Assembly (NCBI GenBank): GCA_052326545.1 | Contig: JBKQML010000050.1 | Span: 1 to 35,796 of the forward strand | Length of the DNA stretch: 35,796 nucleotides | Source: Dehalococcoidales bacterium | GTDB taxonomy: Bacteria > Chloroflexota > Dehalococcoidia > Dehalococcoidales > Fen-1064 | Direction: 5' to 3' | Shown: piece after piece, positions 1 to 9,253 of the stretch | Numbering within the stretch: position 1 is the stretch's first letter | How the letters are laid out: each line of letters begins with the position of its first letter | Notes under the pieces: generated by a model | What the model saw: only the letters and a program-made list of their open reading frames with translations | What the model was told of the DNA's origin: nothing | Database searches by the model: none | Program-made: the position numbers and the translations under genes

Positions 1-2
1 AC

Positions 3-710
3 CAGATTCTCTCAAGACTCCGGGCCGATTTACGCGCCAATGCCGATGAAAAATCCATCGCCAATTACCAGCGCTATTTTAAGGAGACGGTCAAATTTTA
101 CGGCCTCAGTATGAGCGCTGCTAACAAAATCGCCAACAACTACTGGAAAGAAATCAAATTATTGCCTAAAAAGGAAATATTCGCCTTATGTGAAGATTTG
201 TTCCGTTCCGATTACAGCGAAGAAGCGGCGGTTGCCTCTGAGTGGGCTCCCAAATTGACCAATCGGTTCGCGCCGGACGACCTGGCTTTGTTTAAACGGT
301 GGATTGATTCTTATCTCAATGACTGGGCCAAGTGCGACGGCTTCTGCAACCACACCGTCGGGAATTTTGTCCAAAAGTACCCGGCAAGCATTACTGAGAT
401 TGTCAGCTGGACTGCCTCGTCTAACCGCTGGCTGAAAAGAGCGGCAGCGGTATCATTAATCATTCCCGCTAAAAAAGGCCTGTTCCTGAACGAGATTTTC
501 ACCATCAGCGACCGTTTGTTGACCGATAAAGACGATATGGTGCAAAAAGGTTACGGCTGGATGCTGAAAGAAGCATCTGAACTACATCAGGACAAAGTCT
601 ATCAATATGTCCTGCAGCACCGTAAGAATATGCCGCGCACCGCCTTGCGTTATGCCATCGAAAAGATGCCGCCGGAGATGAAAAAAGAGGCAATGAAGCG
701 GGTCGGTTAA
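3..710 (+). CDS. DNA alkylation repair protein (AlkC/AlkD-like HEAT-repeat family), 5' end off-window
   Basis: The frame of ORF 111..710 stays open back to the window edge; QILSRLRADLRANADEKSIANYQRYFKETVKFYGLS precedes the first Met. The YQRYFK-type N-terminal region and the SNRWLKRAAAVSL segment are typical of this family. Confidence 0.65.
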   Translation, partial: QILSRLRADLRANADEKSIANYQRYFKETVKFYGLSMSAANKIANNYWKEIKLLPKKEIFALCEDLFRSDYSEEAAVASEWAPKLTNRFAPDDLALFKRWIDSYLNDWAKCDGFCNHTVGNFVQKYPASITEIVSWTASSNRWLKRAAAVSLIIPAKKGLFLNEIFTISDRLLTDKDDMVQKGYGWMLKEASELHQDKVYQYVLQHRKNMPRTALRYAIEKMPPEMKKEAMKRVG

Positions 711-873
711 TTACTGTCAACCTGAGTTTTTCAAACGAAAGATTGACTTTAGCTTATTTTTTTCATTGCCAGTTATAAATAGCAACATCAGGGTATAGAA
801 TTTCTTGACAAGAGGCCCGATAATATGTTACAAATTTCAGCATTATCTACTATTTTAAGAAGGCGGTAAGAAA

Positions 874-2388
874 ATGGCAAAAATCTACAGCGACATTTCC
901 AGAACATTCGATGAATATCTTTTAATTCCTAATCAGACTACTAAAAAATGTACTCCCAACAACGTCGATTTAACGACACCTTTGTGCAAATACAAAAAAG
1001 GGGACCCTCCACCTTTGAAATTGAATATTCCTTTCGTTTCCTCGATAATGCAGGCCGTATCCAACCATACCCTGGCGATAGAGCTGGCCAGACACGGCGG
1101 TTTGTCTTTTATCTTTTGCTCACAACCGATAGAAAAAGAGGTTGAAATGGTGAAGAAAGTAAAGGCCTTCAAAGCCGGGTTTGTCACCAGCGATTCTAAT
1201 ATAACACCGGCAAGTACATTAGCGGATATCCTCCGCCTGAAGGAGAAAACCGGCCATTCTACCATCGCCGTGACGGATAATGGCATGCCTAACGGTAAAT
1301 TACTTGGTATCGTCACTTCCAGAGACTACAGACTGAGCAGGGACCCCCAGGATAAAAAGGTCTCGGAATTTATGACACCTTTCAAGAAACTCGTGCACGG
1401 AAAGATGGGCATCAGCCTGACAGAAGCAAACGACTTATTGTGGGAGCACAAGCTAAACTGTTTACCCGTCATCGATGAGAAACGAAACCTGGTATATTTA
1501 GTTTTCAGAAAAGACTATATAGAACATAAAGAGAATCAGGATGAATTGCTGGATGCTAATAAAGCATTAATGGTGGGAGCGGGGATAAATACCAAGGATT
1601 ATAAGGAGAGAGTGCCGGAACTGATCAAGGCGGGAGCAGATATTCTTTGTATCGATTCTTCTCACGGGCATACAGAATGGCAGAAAGACACCATTAAATA
1701 TATCAAAAAACAATACGGCGATTCAGTCAAACTCGGGGCCGGAAACATTGTCGATGAAGAGGGTTTTGCGTACCTGGTAAAAGCCGGAGCCGATTTTATA
1801 AAAGTCGGTATCGGTGGCGGTTCGATCTGCATCACACGGCAGCAACGGGTAATCGGAAGAGGGCAGGCCACCGCCGTTTTAGAGGTTGCCAGAGCAAGAG
1901 AACGCTACTTGAAAGAAACCGGTATTTATATTCCGATATGTTCCGATGGCGGCATCGACCGGGAGCACCAGATAGCTTTAGCCTTGGCCATGGGCGCCGA
2001 TTTTGTGATGATGGGAAGATATTTTGCGCAATTTGATGAAAGTCCTTCGGAAAAAGTGGTAATCGGAAACAGGCACCTAAAAGAATACTGGGGAGAAGGA
2101 ACGAACCGGGCGCAAAACTGGCAGCGTTACGATAGCGGTGACGATAGCAAAGGCCTGGCGTTCGAGGAAGGGGTAAGCGGTTATGTTCCTTACACCGGCA
2201 AAATGAAGGACAATTTAGAGGTTACTTTAGCAAAAATAAAGGCAACAATGACCACATGCGGGGCTTCAAATATTAAGGATTTCCAGAAAAACACCAGATT
2301 AACCGTTGTTTCTGCCAGGACCATCGCCGAAGGTGGAATACATGATATTCTTACCAAGGAAATGGGAGCAGACCAGTGGAACAGTTAA
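874..2388 (+). CDS. guaB: IMP dehydrogenase (TIM barrel with inserted CBS pair)
   Basis: 504 aa. N-terminal [12 protein letters not shown]-like insert between roughly residues 95 and 215, catalytic-Cys loop [13 protein letters not shown], and GADFVMMG near the C-terminus. Confidence 0.85.
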   Translation: MAKIYSDISRTFDEYLLIPNQTTKKCTPNNVDLTTPLCKYKKGDPPPLKLNIPFVSSIMQAVSNHTLAIELARHGGLSFIFCSQPIEKEVEMVKKVKAFKAGFVTSDSNITPASTLADILRLKEKTGHSTIAVTDNGMPNGKLLGIVTSRDYRLSRDPQDKKVSEFMTPFKKLVHGKMGISLTEANDLLWEHKLNCLPVIDEKRNLVYLVFRKDYIEHKENQDELLDANKALMVGAGINTKDYKERVPELIKAGADILCIDSSHGHTEWQKDTIKYIKKQYGDSVKLGAGNIVDEEGFAYLVKAGADFIKVGIGGGSICITRQQRVIGRGQATAVLEVARARERYLKETGIYIPICSDGGIDREHQIALALAMGADFVMMGRYFAQFDESPSEKVVIGNRHLKEYWGEGTNRAQNWQRYDSGDDSKGLAFEEGVSGYVPYTGKMKDNLEVTLAKIKATMTTCGASNIKDFQKNTRLTVVSARTIAEGGIHDILTKEMGADQWNS

Positions 2389-2424
2389 AAAATTGCAGTT
2401 GATATTTTTATACAGGAGAGCGCG

Positions 2425-3507
2425 GTGCCTGGAAAAGCGGTAATAAGTCAGTTAAAAATCCGGGAAATACTCGAAGCGCGGGAAGAAAGCCTTTCTCCCT
2501 ATGCGCAGAAAGTTCGTTTATCCCGCGGTAGAGAAAGAGAGGAAGCCCCCGATTCGGTGCGTACCGCTTACCAGCGCGACCGCGACCGTATCCTGCACTC
2601 GAAATCATTCCGCCGCCTGAAACACAAGACGCAGGTCTTCATTGCGCCGCTGGGCGACCATTACCGTACCCGGTTGACCCATACGCTGGAAGTCTCCCAA
2701 ATCGCCCGCACCATTGCCCGCGCGCTAAATTTGAATGAAGACCTGACCGAAGCCATCAGTCTGGGACACGACCTGGGGCACACTCCATTCGGGCATGAAG
2801 GCGAAAATGTTTTGAATGAATTATCCCCGATGGGATTCAAGCACAACGAGCAGTCGCTGCGCGTCGTTGATTTGCTGGAGAAAGACGGCCGCGGCCTGAA
2901 CCTGACCTGGGAAGTGCGGGACGGCATTGTTAATCATTCTAAATCCCGGGCGCAGGTCCTGGGCAGCGAATGGGGCAAAGTCAGCACCCTGGAAGGTGAA
3001 ATCGTGAAATTGGCCGACCTGGTGGCCTACGTCAACCATGATTCCGACGACGCCATCAGGGCCGGGATTATCCGGGAAAGCGATATCCCGGAAGCCGCCG
3101 TTAAAGTGCTGGGGGACACTCCTTCCGCCAGAATCGACACGATGGTTTGCGATATCATCGAAAAATCCTGGCCGGTCAGCGGGACTATCGCCGGTAAAAA
3201 TAATACCCGCCCCGGTATTAAAATGAGCCCCCGTGTCTTAAAAGCTACCGGCATCCTGCGGGATTTTCTTTTCGACCGGGTTTACAATGTGCAGTCGGCT
3301 TTGCCGGAAACGGAGCAGGCCCGGGAAGTCATCCGCTTTCTTTATGCTTATTTCCTGAAACACCCGCGGGAATTACCGCCGGAATATCTGCTGCACAGCG
3401 ATAAAAAATGGCGCGGCGTGATCGACTACATCGCCAACATGACCGACCAGTATGCGCTGAAAACTGCGGCAGATTTGGCTTTACTTACCCCCAAAAGCAA
3501 GCCATAA
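2425..3507 (+). CDS. dgt: dGTP triphosphohydrolase-like HD-domain protein
   Basis: GTG start preceded by aggaga. Motifs YQRDRDRILHSKSFRRLKHKTQVF, RLTHTLEVSQIAR and GHDLGHTPFGH (HD domain). Sits directly upstream of dnaG, as in many bacteria. Confidence 0.8.
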   Translation: MPGKAVISQLKIREILEAREESLSPYAQKVRLSRGREREEAPDSVRTAYQRDRDRILHSKSFRRLKHKTQVFIAPLGDHYRTRLTHTLEVSQIARTIARALNLNEDLTEAISLGHDLGHTPFGHEGENVLNELSPMGFKHNEQSLRVVDLLEKDGRGLNLTWEVRDGIVNHSKSRAQVLGSEWGKVSTLEGEIVKLADLVAYVNHDSDDAIRAGIIRESDIPEAAVKVLGDTPSARIDTMVCDIIEKSWPVSGTIAGKNNTRPGIKMSPRVLKATGILRDFLFDRVYNVQSALPETEQAREVIRFLYAYFLKHPRELPPEYLLHSDKKWRGVIDYIANMTDQYALKTAADLALLTPKSKP

Positions 3508-3573
3508 TATATTCAGAAAGTTTGCCTTTTGCCCTTTCCCTTTGCAAATCTTTGTGTTAAGATATTTGTCTCT

Positions 3574-5355
3574 ATGAGTGCTATCGACGAAGTAAAACAA
3601 AAACTGGATATTGTTGAAGTCATCGGGCAATATGTCAAATTGACTAAAGCCGGGCGTAACTTCAAAGCCGTTTGTCCTTTCCACAACGAGAAAACGCCCT
3701 CGTTCTATGTGTTTCCGGAAAGGCAGTCCTGGCACTGTTTCGGCGCCTGCAGTACCGGCGGGGATGTGTTTACCTTTGTAATGAAGAAGGAAGGCGTCGA
3801 ATTCGGCGAAGCCTTGCGCATGCTGGCCGATAAAGCCGGAGTGGTCCTGCCTTCCAAAATCGAACCCGGGCCGAAAAAGGATGAAAAGGATAAATTATTC
3901 CAGGTCAACGAAGCGGCAGTGCAGTATTATCATAATCTGCTGGTGAACTCAACCGCCGGAGAATATGCTAAAAACTACCTGCTGGGCCGCGGTCTGACGA
4001 TTAAAACCATCAATGATTTCCAACTCGGTGTCAGCCCGGACGGCTGGGAAAAGCTGCTGGCTTATCTGAAAGAGAAGGGTTACAGCGAAAATGAAATGAT
4101 GGACGCCGGTCTGATAATGAAAAATGAGGATGGTAGAATCCGCGACCGCTTCCACAGCCGGTTGATGTTTCCCATTCGCGATGCCCGGGGGCGCACAACC
4201 GGCTTTTCCGGCCGGGAAATGGATGGCTCACAACCAAAGTACATGAACTCGCCGCAGACCGCTATTTTTGATAAGAGCGGTACGATCTACGGCATCGATA
4301 TCGCTGCTTCTGCCATCCGTTCCAAAGACATGGCGGTTATTGTCGAAGGTTACATGGATGTGATTATGGCGCACCAGTACGGTTTCAATAACGTCGTGGC
4401 ATCTATGGGTACAGCGATCACGGAAAAACACATCAATCTGCTGAAAAAATTGACGAAAAACATTGCGCTGGCGCTGGACCCGGATGCGGCCGGTGAAGAA
4501 GCAATGCTGCGCTGTGTTGAATACGAGAACGCCCTGAACACCGAGGTCAAGGTGATTATTCTGCCGCCGCATGAAGATCCCGACGAAGTAATCAAAGCTG
4601 ACCCGAAGGTATGGGAAACAGCGGTGGAAAAAGCTGTCCCGGTGATTGATTATACGATCGATATGGCCGTATCCCGCCAGGACATGAGCACCGCCAGTGC
4701 TAAATCGCAGGTCGCCAACAGTTTATTGGCGATAATCGCGAAAGTTGGTGATGATATCCGGCGCGACCATTACCTCACCAAGCTATCTAAACTGGCTGGT
4801 ATCAGTTATAATAAATTAGAGAGTGTGCTAAAAACATACCTGAAACCAAAGCTGCAAAAGCGAGGTGCCGAACCGGCTTCTTCATCACTTTTAACAACGT
4901 CCAGCCCCCGTGAGGAATATTGCCTCGCTCTCCTGGTGCAGTATCCGGAACTGAAAAAACAGGACGAAGGTTTAAAACCGGATTATTTCCAGAATATCGT
5001 TAACCGTGAAATATACTGTGCCTGTTTAGAGACGGATGACACCATCGCACTAAAAGAACGGTTGGAACCCATAGTGAGGGAAAAATTAGCAAATATTACC
5101 GCTAAACCGATACCCGACGAACGTACCGCCGCCAGATTTACCGAATGCGTCCTGGCTTTGCGCAAAGCATTTCTGATAAATCAGGAAGCAATGCGGGCAG
5201 AGGTCTTTGCCATGGTGGAAGCTGAAAATGGCGGCACCGGTGCCGCGCTTGCCCGGTTACAGGAAGAGGGTATCGAGCCCAGTATTCAATTGAAAGATGT
5301 CTTTGCCCGTAAACCGCGGGTAATGAGGAGAGCAGGAAATGGAAGAAATAAATAA
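3574..5355 (+). CDS. dnaG: DNA primase
   Basis: Zinc ribbon [11 protein letters not shown]...[14 protein letters not shown] and TOPRIM motifs EGYMDVI and LDPDAAG. The ATG at 3574 gives the canonical N-terminus [17 protein letters not shown]. The TTG at 3529 from the ORF track adds 15 unconserved residues. Confidence 0.9.
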   Translation: MSAIDEVKQKLDIVEVIGQYVKLTKAGRNFKAVCPFHNEKTPSFYVFPERQSWHCFGACSTGGDVFTFVMKKEGVEFGEALRMLADKAGVVLPSKIEPGPKKDEKDKLFQVNEAAVQYYHNLLVNSTAGEYAKNYLLGRGLTIKTINDFQLGVSPDGWEKLLAYLKEKGYSENEMMDAGLIMKNEDGRIRDRFHSRLMFPIRDARGRTTGFSGREMDGSQPKYMNSPQTAIFDKSGTIYGIDIAASAIRSKDMAVIVEGYMDVIMAHQYGFNNVVASMGTAITEKHINLLKKLTKNIALALDPDAAGEEAMLRCVEYENALNTEVKVIILPPHEDPDEVIKADPKVWETAVEKAVPVIDYTIDMAVSRQDMSTASAKSQVANSLLAIIAKVGDDIRRDHYLTKLSKLAGISYNKLESVLKTYLKPKLQKRGAEPASSSLLTTSSPREEYCLALLVQYPELKKQDEGLKPDYFQNIVNREIYCACLETDDTIALKERLEPIVREKLANITAKPIPDERTAARFTECVLALRKAFLINQEAMRAEVFAMVEAENGGTGAALARLQEEGIEPSIQLKDVFARKPRVMRRAGNGRNK

Positions 5356-6769
5356 CTCCCCTGATTTTGACCCCGAAGCCAAAGAAGAGGAAATAATAGA
5401 AGAACCGACCGAAGATGTAATTTTAGAAGAGCCCAGTGCTGAAGACCTGGAGCTGGAAGCGCAGGCCGAGGTGCTGGAAGACCAGGACCAGGAAGTCGGT
5501 GACGACCCGGTCCGCCTTTATCTCCATGAGATTGGCCGGGTGCCGCTGCTGACCGCGCGTGATGAGAAAACGCTGGCCAGAAGAATTGAAGAAGGCAAAC
5601 GTATTGCGGAAATCAAGCGTGAGCTGGAGAAGCAGGGTAAAGATACCTCCGCCACGCAAATACTGCTGACCATGCTCCGGCAGGTCGGTCAGGCCACCGA
5701 TGTTATCATCAATGTCCAGGAATATCTGGAGCTGCCGCCCAAGGCCAAATTCCGCGACATTGTCTCTAATGAGAAATTGCGCGCCGGCATCGACGGCGTT
5801 ATCGACCAGGAGCTGGTAGCTTCCATCATCAAGAAAACTGATATGGAAGCGCCCCAGATCGAGCAGCAATTAATGAGTCTGTCGGTCAACAGCGCTTTAC
5901 TGCCGCCAAAACTGCTGGATGTTATCGGGAAAAAAGCCTCCGCAGCGGATATCGCCAAACTGGTGGATAACCCCGATTTTATCGAGCGCCTCGGCAGTTT
6001 TGAAACTGAGCTCCGTGAATATCTGGACAAGGTCGAAGAAGAAGCCAATAGCGCCAAAGACCATCTTACGGAAGCCAATTTGAGACTGGTTGTCAGTGTC
6101 GCCAAGAAACACATCGGACACGGCATGTCTTTGCTCGACCTGATTCAGGAAGGCAATATCGGATTAATCCGCGCCGTCGAGAAATTCGACCCGCACAAAG
6201 GCTTTAAATTCAGCACTTATGCGACCTGGTGGATTCGGCAGGCTATCACCCGTGCCATCGCCGACCAGGCACGCACCATCCGCGTGCCGGTGCACATGAT
6301 TGAAACGATTAACAAGCTCTTAAGACTGAGCCGCCGTCTTTCACAGGAATACGGCCGCGACCCGACTTCGAAAGAAATCGGCGACAAAATGGGAATGTCC
6401 CCGGATAAAGTGCGGGAGATTATCAAAGTGGCACAATTACCCATTTCACTGGAATTGCCCATGGGTGAGGAAGAAGACAGCCACCTCGGCGATTTTATCG
6501 AATACCGAAATGCCCTGCCGCCGGTGGATGCCGCTTCCAAACAATTACTGAAAGAGCAAATCGATGAAGTACTCTCCAGCCTGACACACCGTGAGCAGAG
6601 AGTACTGGTGTTACGTTTCGGACTGGAAGACGGACGCAGCCGCACGCTGGAAGAAGTCGGGCAGGAGTTCAACGTGACCCGCGAACGCATCCGCCAGATT
6701 GAAGCTAAAGCGCTGCGTAAGCTCCGCCACCCCAGCCGCAGCCGCAAATTAAAGGATTATCTGGAATAA
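5339..6769 (+). CDS. rpoD: Primary RNA polymerase sigma-70 factor
   Basis: Acidic region 1.1, region 1.2 [16 protein letters not shown], region 2 [12 protein letters not shown]...[17 protein letters not shown], and region 4 [18 protein letters not shown]. aggaga SD. 17-nt overlap with dnaG. Confidence 0.95.
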   Translation: MEEINNSPDFDPEAKEEEIIEEPTEDVILEEPSAEDLELEAQAEVLEDQDQEVGDDPVRLYLHEIGRVPLLTARDEKTLARRIEEGKRIAEIKRELEKQGKDTSATQILLTMLRQVGQATDVIINVQEYLELPPKAKFRDIVSNEKLRAGIDGVIDQELVASIIKKTDMEAPQIEQQLMSLSVNSALLPPKLLDVIGKKASAADIAKLVDNPDFIERLGSFETELREYLDKVEEEANSAKDHLTEANLRLVVSVAKKHIGHGMSLLDLIQEGNIGLIRAVEKFDPHKGFKFSTYATWWIRQAITRAIADQARTIRVPVHMIETINKLLRLSRRLSQEYGRDPTSKEIGDKMGMSPDKVREIIKVAQLPISLELPMGEEEDSHLGDFIEYRNALPPVDAASKQLLKEQIDEVLSSLTHREQRVLVLRFGLEDGRSRTLEEVGQEFNVTRERIRQIEAKALRKLRHPSRSRKLKDYLE

Positions 6770-6795
6770 TAACCTGAAATAAGGTTTTAATTAAA

Positions 6796-7440
6796 ATGTT
6801 AGTAATTATTGATTACGGCGCCGGGAATATCCGCAGTGTGCAAAGAGCCTGCGCCGAGACCGGTATTCCGGCTATCATCACTGCTAATCCCGGGGATTTA
6901 AAAAACGCCGAACGGATTATTTTCCCCGGCGTCGGCGCCGCGCCGGCCACCATGCAGAACCTGACCAGGACTGGACTGGCTATGGCGTTAAAAGAGGCCT
7001 TTATTTCAGGAATACCGATTCTGGGTATTTGTTTGGGCGCGCAGGTCGTCCTGGACCGTTCTGAAGAGGGTGACACCCCCTGTCTGGGAATTATCCCCGG
7101 CACTACTGTGCGTTTTAAATTTCAGGATAAGTCACTTAAAATTCCACACATCGGCTGGAATACGGTGAAAGCAACCCAGCCGCATCCTGAGCTGGAAGGC
7201 CTGGGTAAAGAAGATGAATTTTATTTTGTCCATTCTTATTATCCGCAGCCTGTAAAGAAAGAAAACATCTTTGCCGTGTCTGATTACGGCGGCGAGTTTT
7301 GCTGCGCCGTCGGCATCAAAAATTATTTTGCCGTCCAGTTCCACCCGGAGAAAAGCGGACGTTTGGGGTTACAGATGCTGGCACGTTTTGCCAAATGGGA
7401 CGGCAAGGTACCGCCGAAATCAGGGAATAGAGGCCAGTAA
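6796..7440 (+). CDS. hisH: Imidazole glycerol phosphate synthase, glutamine amidotransferase subunit
   Basis: Class I GATase triad context: GICLGAQ (Cys) and QFHPEKSG (His-Glu). N-terminal [12 protein letters not shown]. Directly followed by hisF. Confidence 0.85.
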   Translation: MLVIIDYGAGNIRSVQRACAETGIPAIITANPGDLKNAERIIFPGVGAAPATMQNLTRTGLAMALKEAFISGIPILGICLGAQVVLDRSEEGDTPCLGIIPGTTVRFKFQDKSLKIPHIGWNTVKATQPHPELEGLGKEDEFYFVHSYYPQPVKKENIFAVSDYGGEFCCAVGIKNYFAVQFHPEKSGRLGLQMLARFAKWDGKVPPKSGNRGQ

Positions 7441-7442
7441 AT

Positions 7443-8222
7443 ATGCTGAGCAAGCGGCTGATTGTCTGTCTGGATGTTCGTGAAGGCAAACTCGCCAAGA
7501 GTATCAAATTTGTCGACACCAAAGATATCGGCGACCCGGTAGTGAAAGCCCGCCAGTATTATGAGGACGGGGCCGATGAACTGGTGTTCTACGATATCAA
7601 TGCTTCCCGCGCTAACCGCGATATCACACTTAAATTTGTTGAGGCCGTGGCCGCGCAAATTTTCATTCCCTTTTCGGTCGGCGGCGGCACCCGCTCGATA
7701 GAAGATGCGACCAAATTAAGGTTGGCAGGGGCGGAAAAAGTAAACGTCAATTCTGCCGCTGTGCAGCGGAAAGAACTTATCTCGGAGATTGCCGGGGCCA
7801 TCGGCGCGCAGAGTACCATCCTTTCGATGGATATCAAGAAGACCGGCAAGACTGGGTCAATCCCTTCCGGCTATGAGATTGTAATTAACGACGGCACGGT
7901 TGCGACCGGGCTCGATGCGATAGAATGGGCAAAAACCGGTGAGAAATTGGGCGCCGGGGAACTGGTGGTCAATTCCATTGACGCTGATGGGACAAAAGAC
8001 GGTTATGAGTTAACTCTCACGCGCATGATTGCCGATTCCGTCGGGATTCCGGTCATTGCCTCCGGCGGTGCCGGCAAACCGGAACATCTTTACGATGCCT
8101 TCGCCGTCGGCCATGCCGATGCGGCGCTGGTAGCTTCCATCGTGCATTACGGTGAATACACCTGCCGTCAGTTAAAAGATTACCTGCACAGCCGCGGGAT
8201 TAAAGTACGGATGAAATATTAG
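7443..8222 (+). CDS. hisF: Imidazole glycerol phosphate synthase, cyclase subunit
   Basis: Canonical HisF blocks: [25 protein letters not shown](T)[28 protein letters not shown] and [10 protein letters not shown]. Confidence 0.9.
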   Translation: MLSKRLIVCLDVREGKLAKSIKFVDTKDIGDPVVKARQYYEDGADELVFYDINASRANRDITLKFVEAVAAQIFIPFSVGGGTRSIEDATKLRLAGAEKVNVNSAAVQRKELISEIAGAIGAQSTILSMDIKKTGKTGSIPSGYEIVINDGTVATGLDAIEWAKTGEKLGAGELVVNSIDADGTKDGYELTLTRMIADSVGIPVIASGGAGKPEHLYDAFAVGHADAALVASIVHYGEYTCRQLKDYLHSRGIKVRMKY

Positions 8223-8277
8223 TCACGGCGCTTTGTAAGTCGTTTAATTCCATTCTCCGGTTTTATGCCTTAGCCCC

Positions 8278-8306
8278 TTGACATGTGGTACTGTATATAG
8301 TACTAT
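8278..8306 (+). promoter_or_regulatory. Sigma-70-type promoter of hicAB with an overlapping inverted repeat; implies a leaderless or near-leaderless mRNA
   Basis: TTGACA (8278-8283), 17-nt spacer, TACTAT (8301-8306). The hicA ATG at 8313 lies only 6 nt after the -10 and has no SD. The inverted repeat GTACT (8288-8292) / AGTAC (8299-8303) spans the spacer and the -10. Confidence 0.55.
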
Positions 8307-8312
8307 TCCTAT

Positions 8313-8564
8313 ATGAGCAGTGCTGAAAAGCTGATTAATAAATTCCTTTCCAGGAAAAATATCACGGTGGAGGATTGCGACAGACTGCTGATTTATTACG
8401 GATATGAATACCATAAAACAGGCGGCAGCCACCGTGTTTATCATCAGAAAAATGTTAAATCCATCACGATTGTGATTCCCAAAAAGTCGAAATATATCGC
8501 CAGCCTTTATATCAACCAGTTAATCAAAGATTTAGGATTGGAGGGTCAAGATGGGAAAAAATAA
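8313..8564 (+). CDS. hicA: HicA-family mRNA interferase toxin
   Basis: 83 aa. The GGSHRVYH segment is typical of the HicA/YcfA fold. Overlaps the downstream HicB gene by 14 nt. Confidence 0.8.
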   Translation: MSSAEKLINKFLSRKNITVEDCDRLLIYYGYEYHKTGGSHRVYHQKNVKSITIVIPKKSKYIASLYINQLIKDLGLEGQDGKK

Positions 8565-8949
8565 TGAACGTAAACCTCTGCAATATTATTTTGATCTTAA
8601 GTATCCGGTAACAATGGAACCGTGCCCTGAAGGAGGTTATTTCGTACAAATTGTAGATCTGCCGGGCTGCTATTCCCAGGGCGAGACGCCGGAAGAAGCG
8701 ATGGAAATGATTGAGGAAGCCCGCAAATTATGGATGGAATCGATGTATGAAGACGGCAACGAAATTCCGTTACCGTCAAATCAGATTGAGTACAGCGGTA
8801 AATTCAATGTGCGCGTGCCTGCCAGCCTGCACCGGAAACTGGCCGGACTGGCGGTCAAAGAAGGGGTTAGCCTGAATCAATATGTGGTTTATGCCCTGTC
8901 CCATGCCACGGGCGTGGCAGAAGCCAAACGTCCTTACAAAGAAAAATAA
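8551..8949 (+). CDS. hicB: HicB-family antitoxin with C-terminal ribbon-helix-helix
   Basis: 132 aa. The N-terminal HicB-like fold pattern (YPVTMEPCPEGGYFVQIVDLPGCYSQGETPEEA) and the C-terminal KFNVRVPASLHRKLAGLAVKEGVSLNQYVVYALS are RHH-like. Confidence 0.8.
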   Translation: MGKNNERKPLQYYFDLKYPVTMEPCPEGGYFVQIVDLPGCYSQGETPEEAMEMIEEARKLWMESMYEDGNEIPLPSNQIEYSGKFNVRVPASLHRKLAGLAVKEGVSLNQYVVYALSHATGVAEAKRPYKEK

Positions 8950-9017
8950 TGCCGTCTTTACGGCGTAAACCGGCAGAACATTCCGCTAATTTTACCATCT
9001 GAAGCTACGATTCTTTT

Positions 9018-9046
9018 TTGTTTACGCAATTGTAACCTGTTATAAT
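9018..9046 (+). promoter_or_regulatory. Candidate promoter for the FAD-oxidase/GOGAT-like operon
   Basis: TTGTTT (9018-9023), 17-nt spacer, TATAAT (9041-9046). Flanked by the inverted repeat GCAATT (9026-9031) / AATTGC (9044-9049). GCAAT recurs at 9026, 9048 and 9079. Confidence 0.35.
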
Positions 9047-9098
9047 TGCAATATTATTGACAACTGGCAGGCGATTCTGCAATTATTAAACTATACGG

Positions 9099-9130
9099 CA
9101 TACGGCAAGTGGTTGCCGTATGTTATTCTT
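9099..9130 (+). terminator. Intrinsic-terminator-like hairpin (hicAB terminator or leader attenuator)
   Basis: Perfect 10-bp stem CATACGGCAA (9099-9108) / TTGCCGTATG (9113-9122) with GTGG loop, followed by TTATTCTT. Confidence 0.45.
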
Positions 9131-9253
9131 GGTTGAATTGCTGAATCTAATAATTTTAACGTTCGATCATCTAAAAGAAGTTTTGATAGAGCATAAAAGT
9201 TGTTTGTCTGGCACTATTTCAGAATGGATAACGAGTTAAGGGATAAATAAACT

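Noticed and set aside
711-873. Possible purine or guanine riboswitch upstream of guaB
   Set aside because: I could not find the conserved junction and loop sequences (UAUAAU..., loop-loop pairing, CCGACUAUG-type 3' strand) or a convincing three-way junction. The region looks like plain promoter DNA (TTGACA at 805-810).
3529-3573. N-terminal extension of dnaG from a TTG start, as in the ORF track
   Set aside because: The 15 added residues (MPFPFANLCVKIFVS) are unconserved. The ATG at 3574 reproduces the canonical primase N-terminus.
6217-6747. 176-aa minus-strand ORF; likewise 5423-5869 and 5689-6126
   Set aside because: Antisense to rpoD. Ser/Arg-rich shadow frames.
6796-8222. hisH/hisF as a WbuY/WbuZ-type sugar-amidation pair rather than histidine biosynthesis
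   Set aside because: HisF matches the canonical IGP-synthase blocks along its whole length and no glycan-biosynthesis genes are nearby. Kept only as a low-interest note.
9120-9245. 41-aa upstream ORF (MLFLVELLNLIILTFDHLKEVLIEHKSCLSGTISEWITS) ending 8 nt before the FAD-oxidase gene
   Set aside because: Its ATG is buried in the 3' arm of the terminator-like hairpin and has no RBS. The sequence is A+T-rich, so an open frame of this length is not surprising. It remains only a remote leader-peptide possibility.
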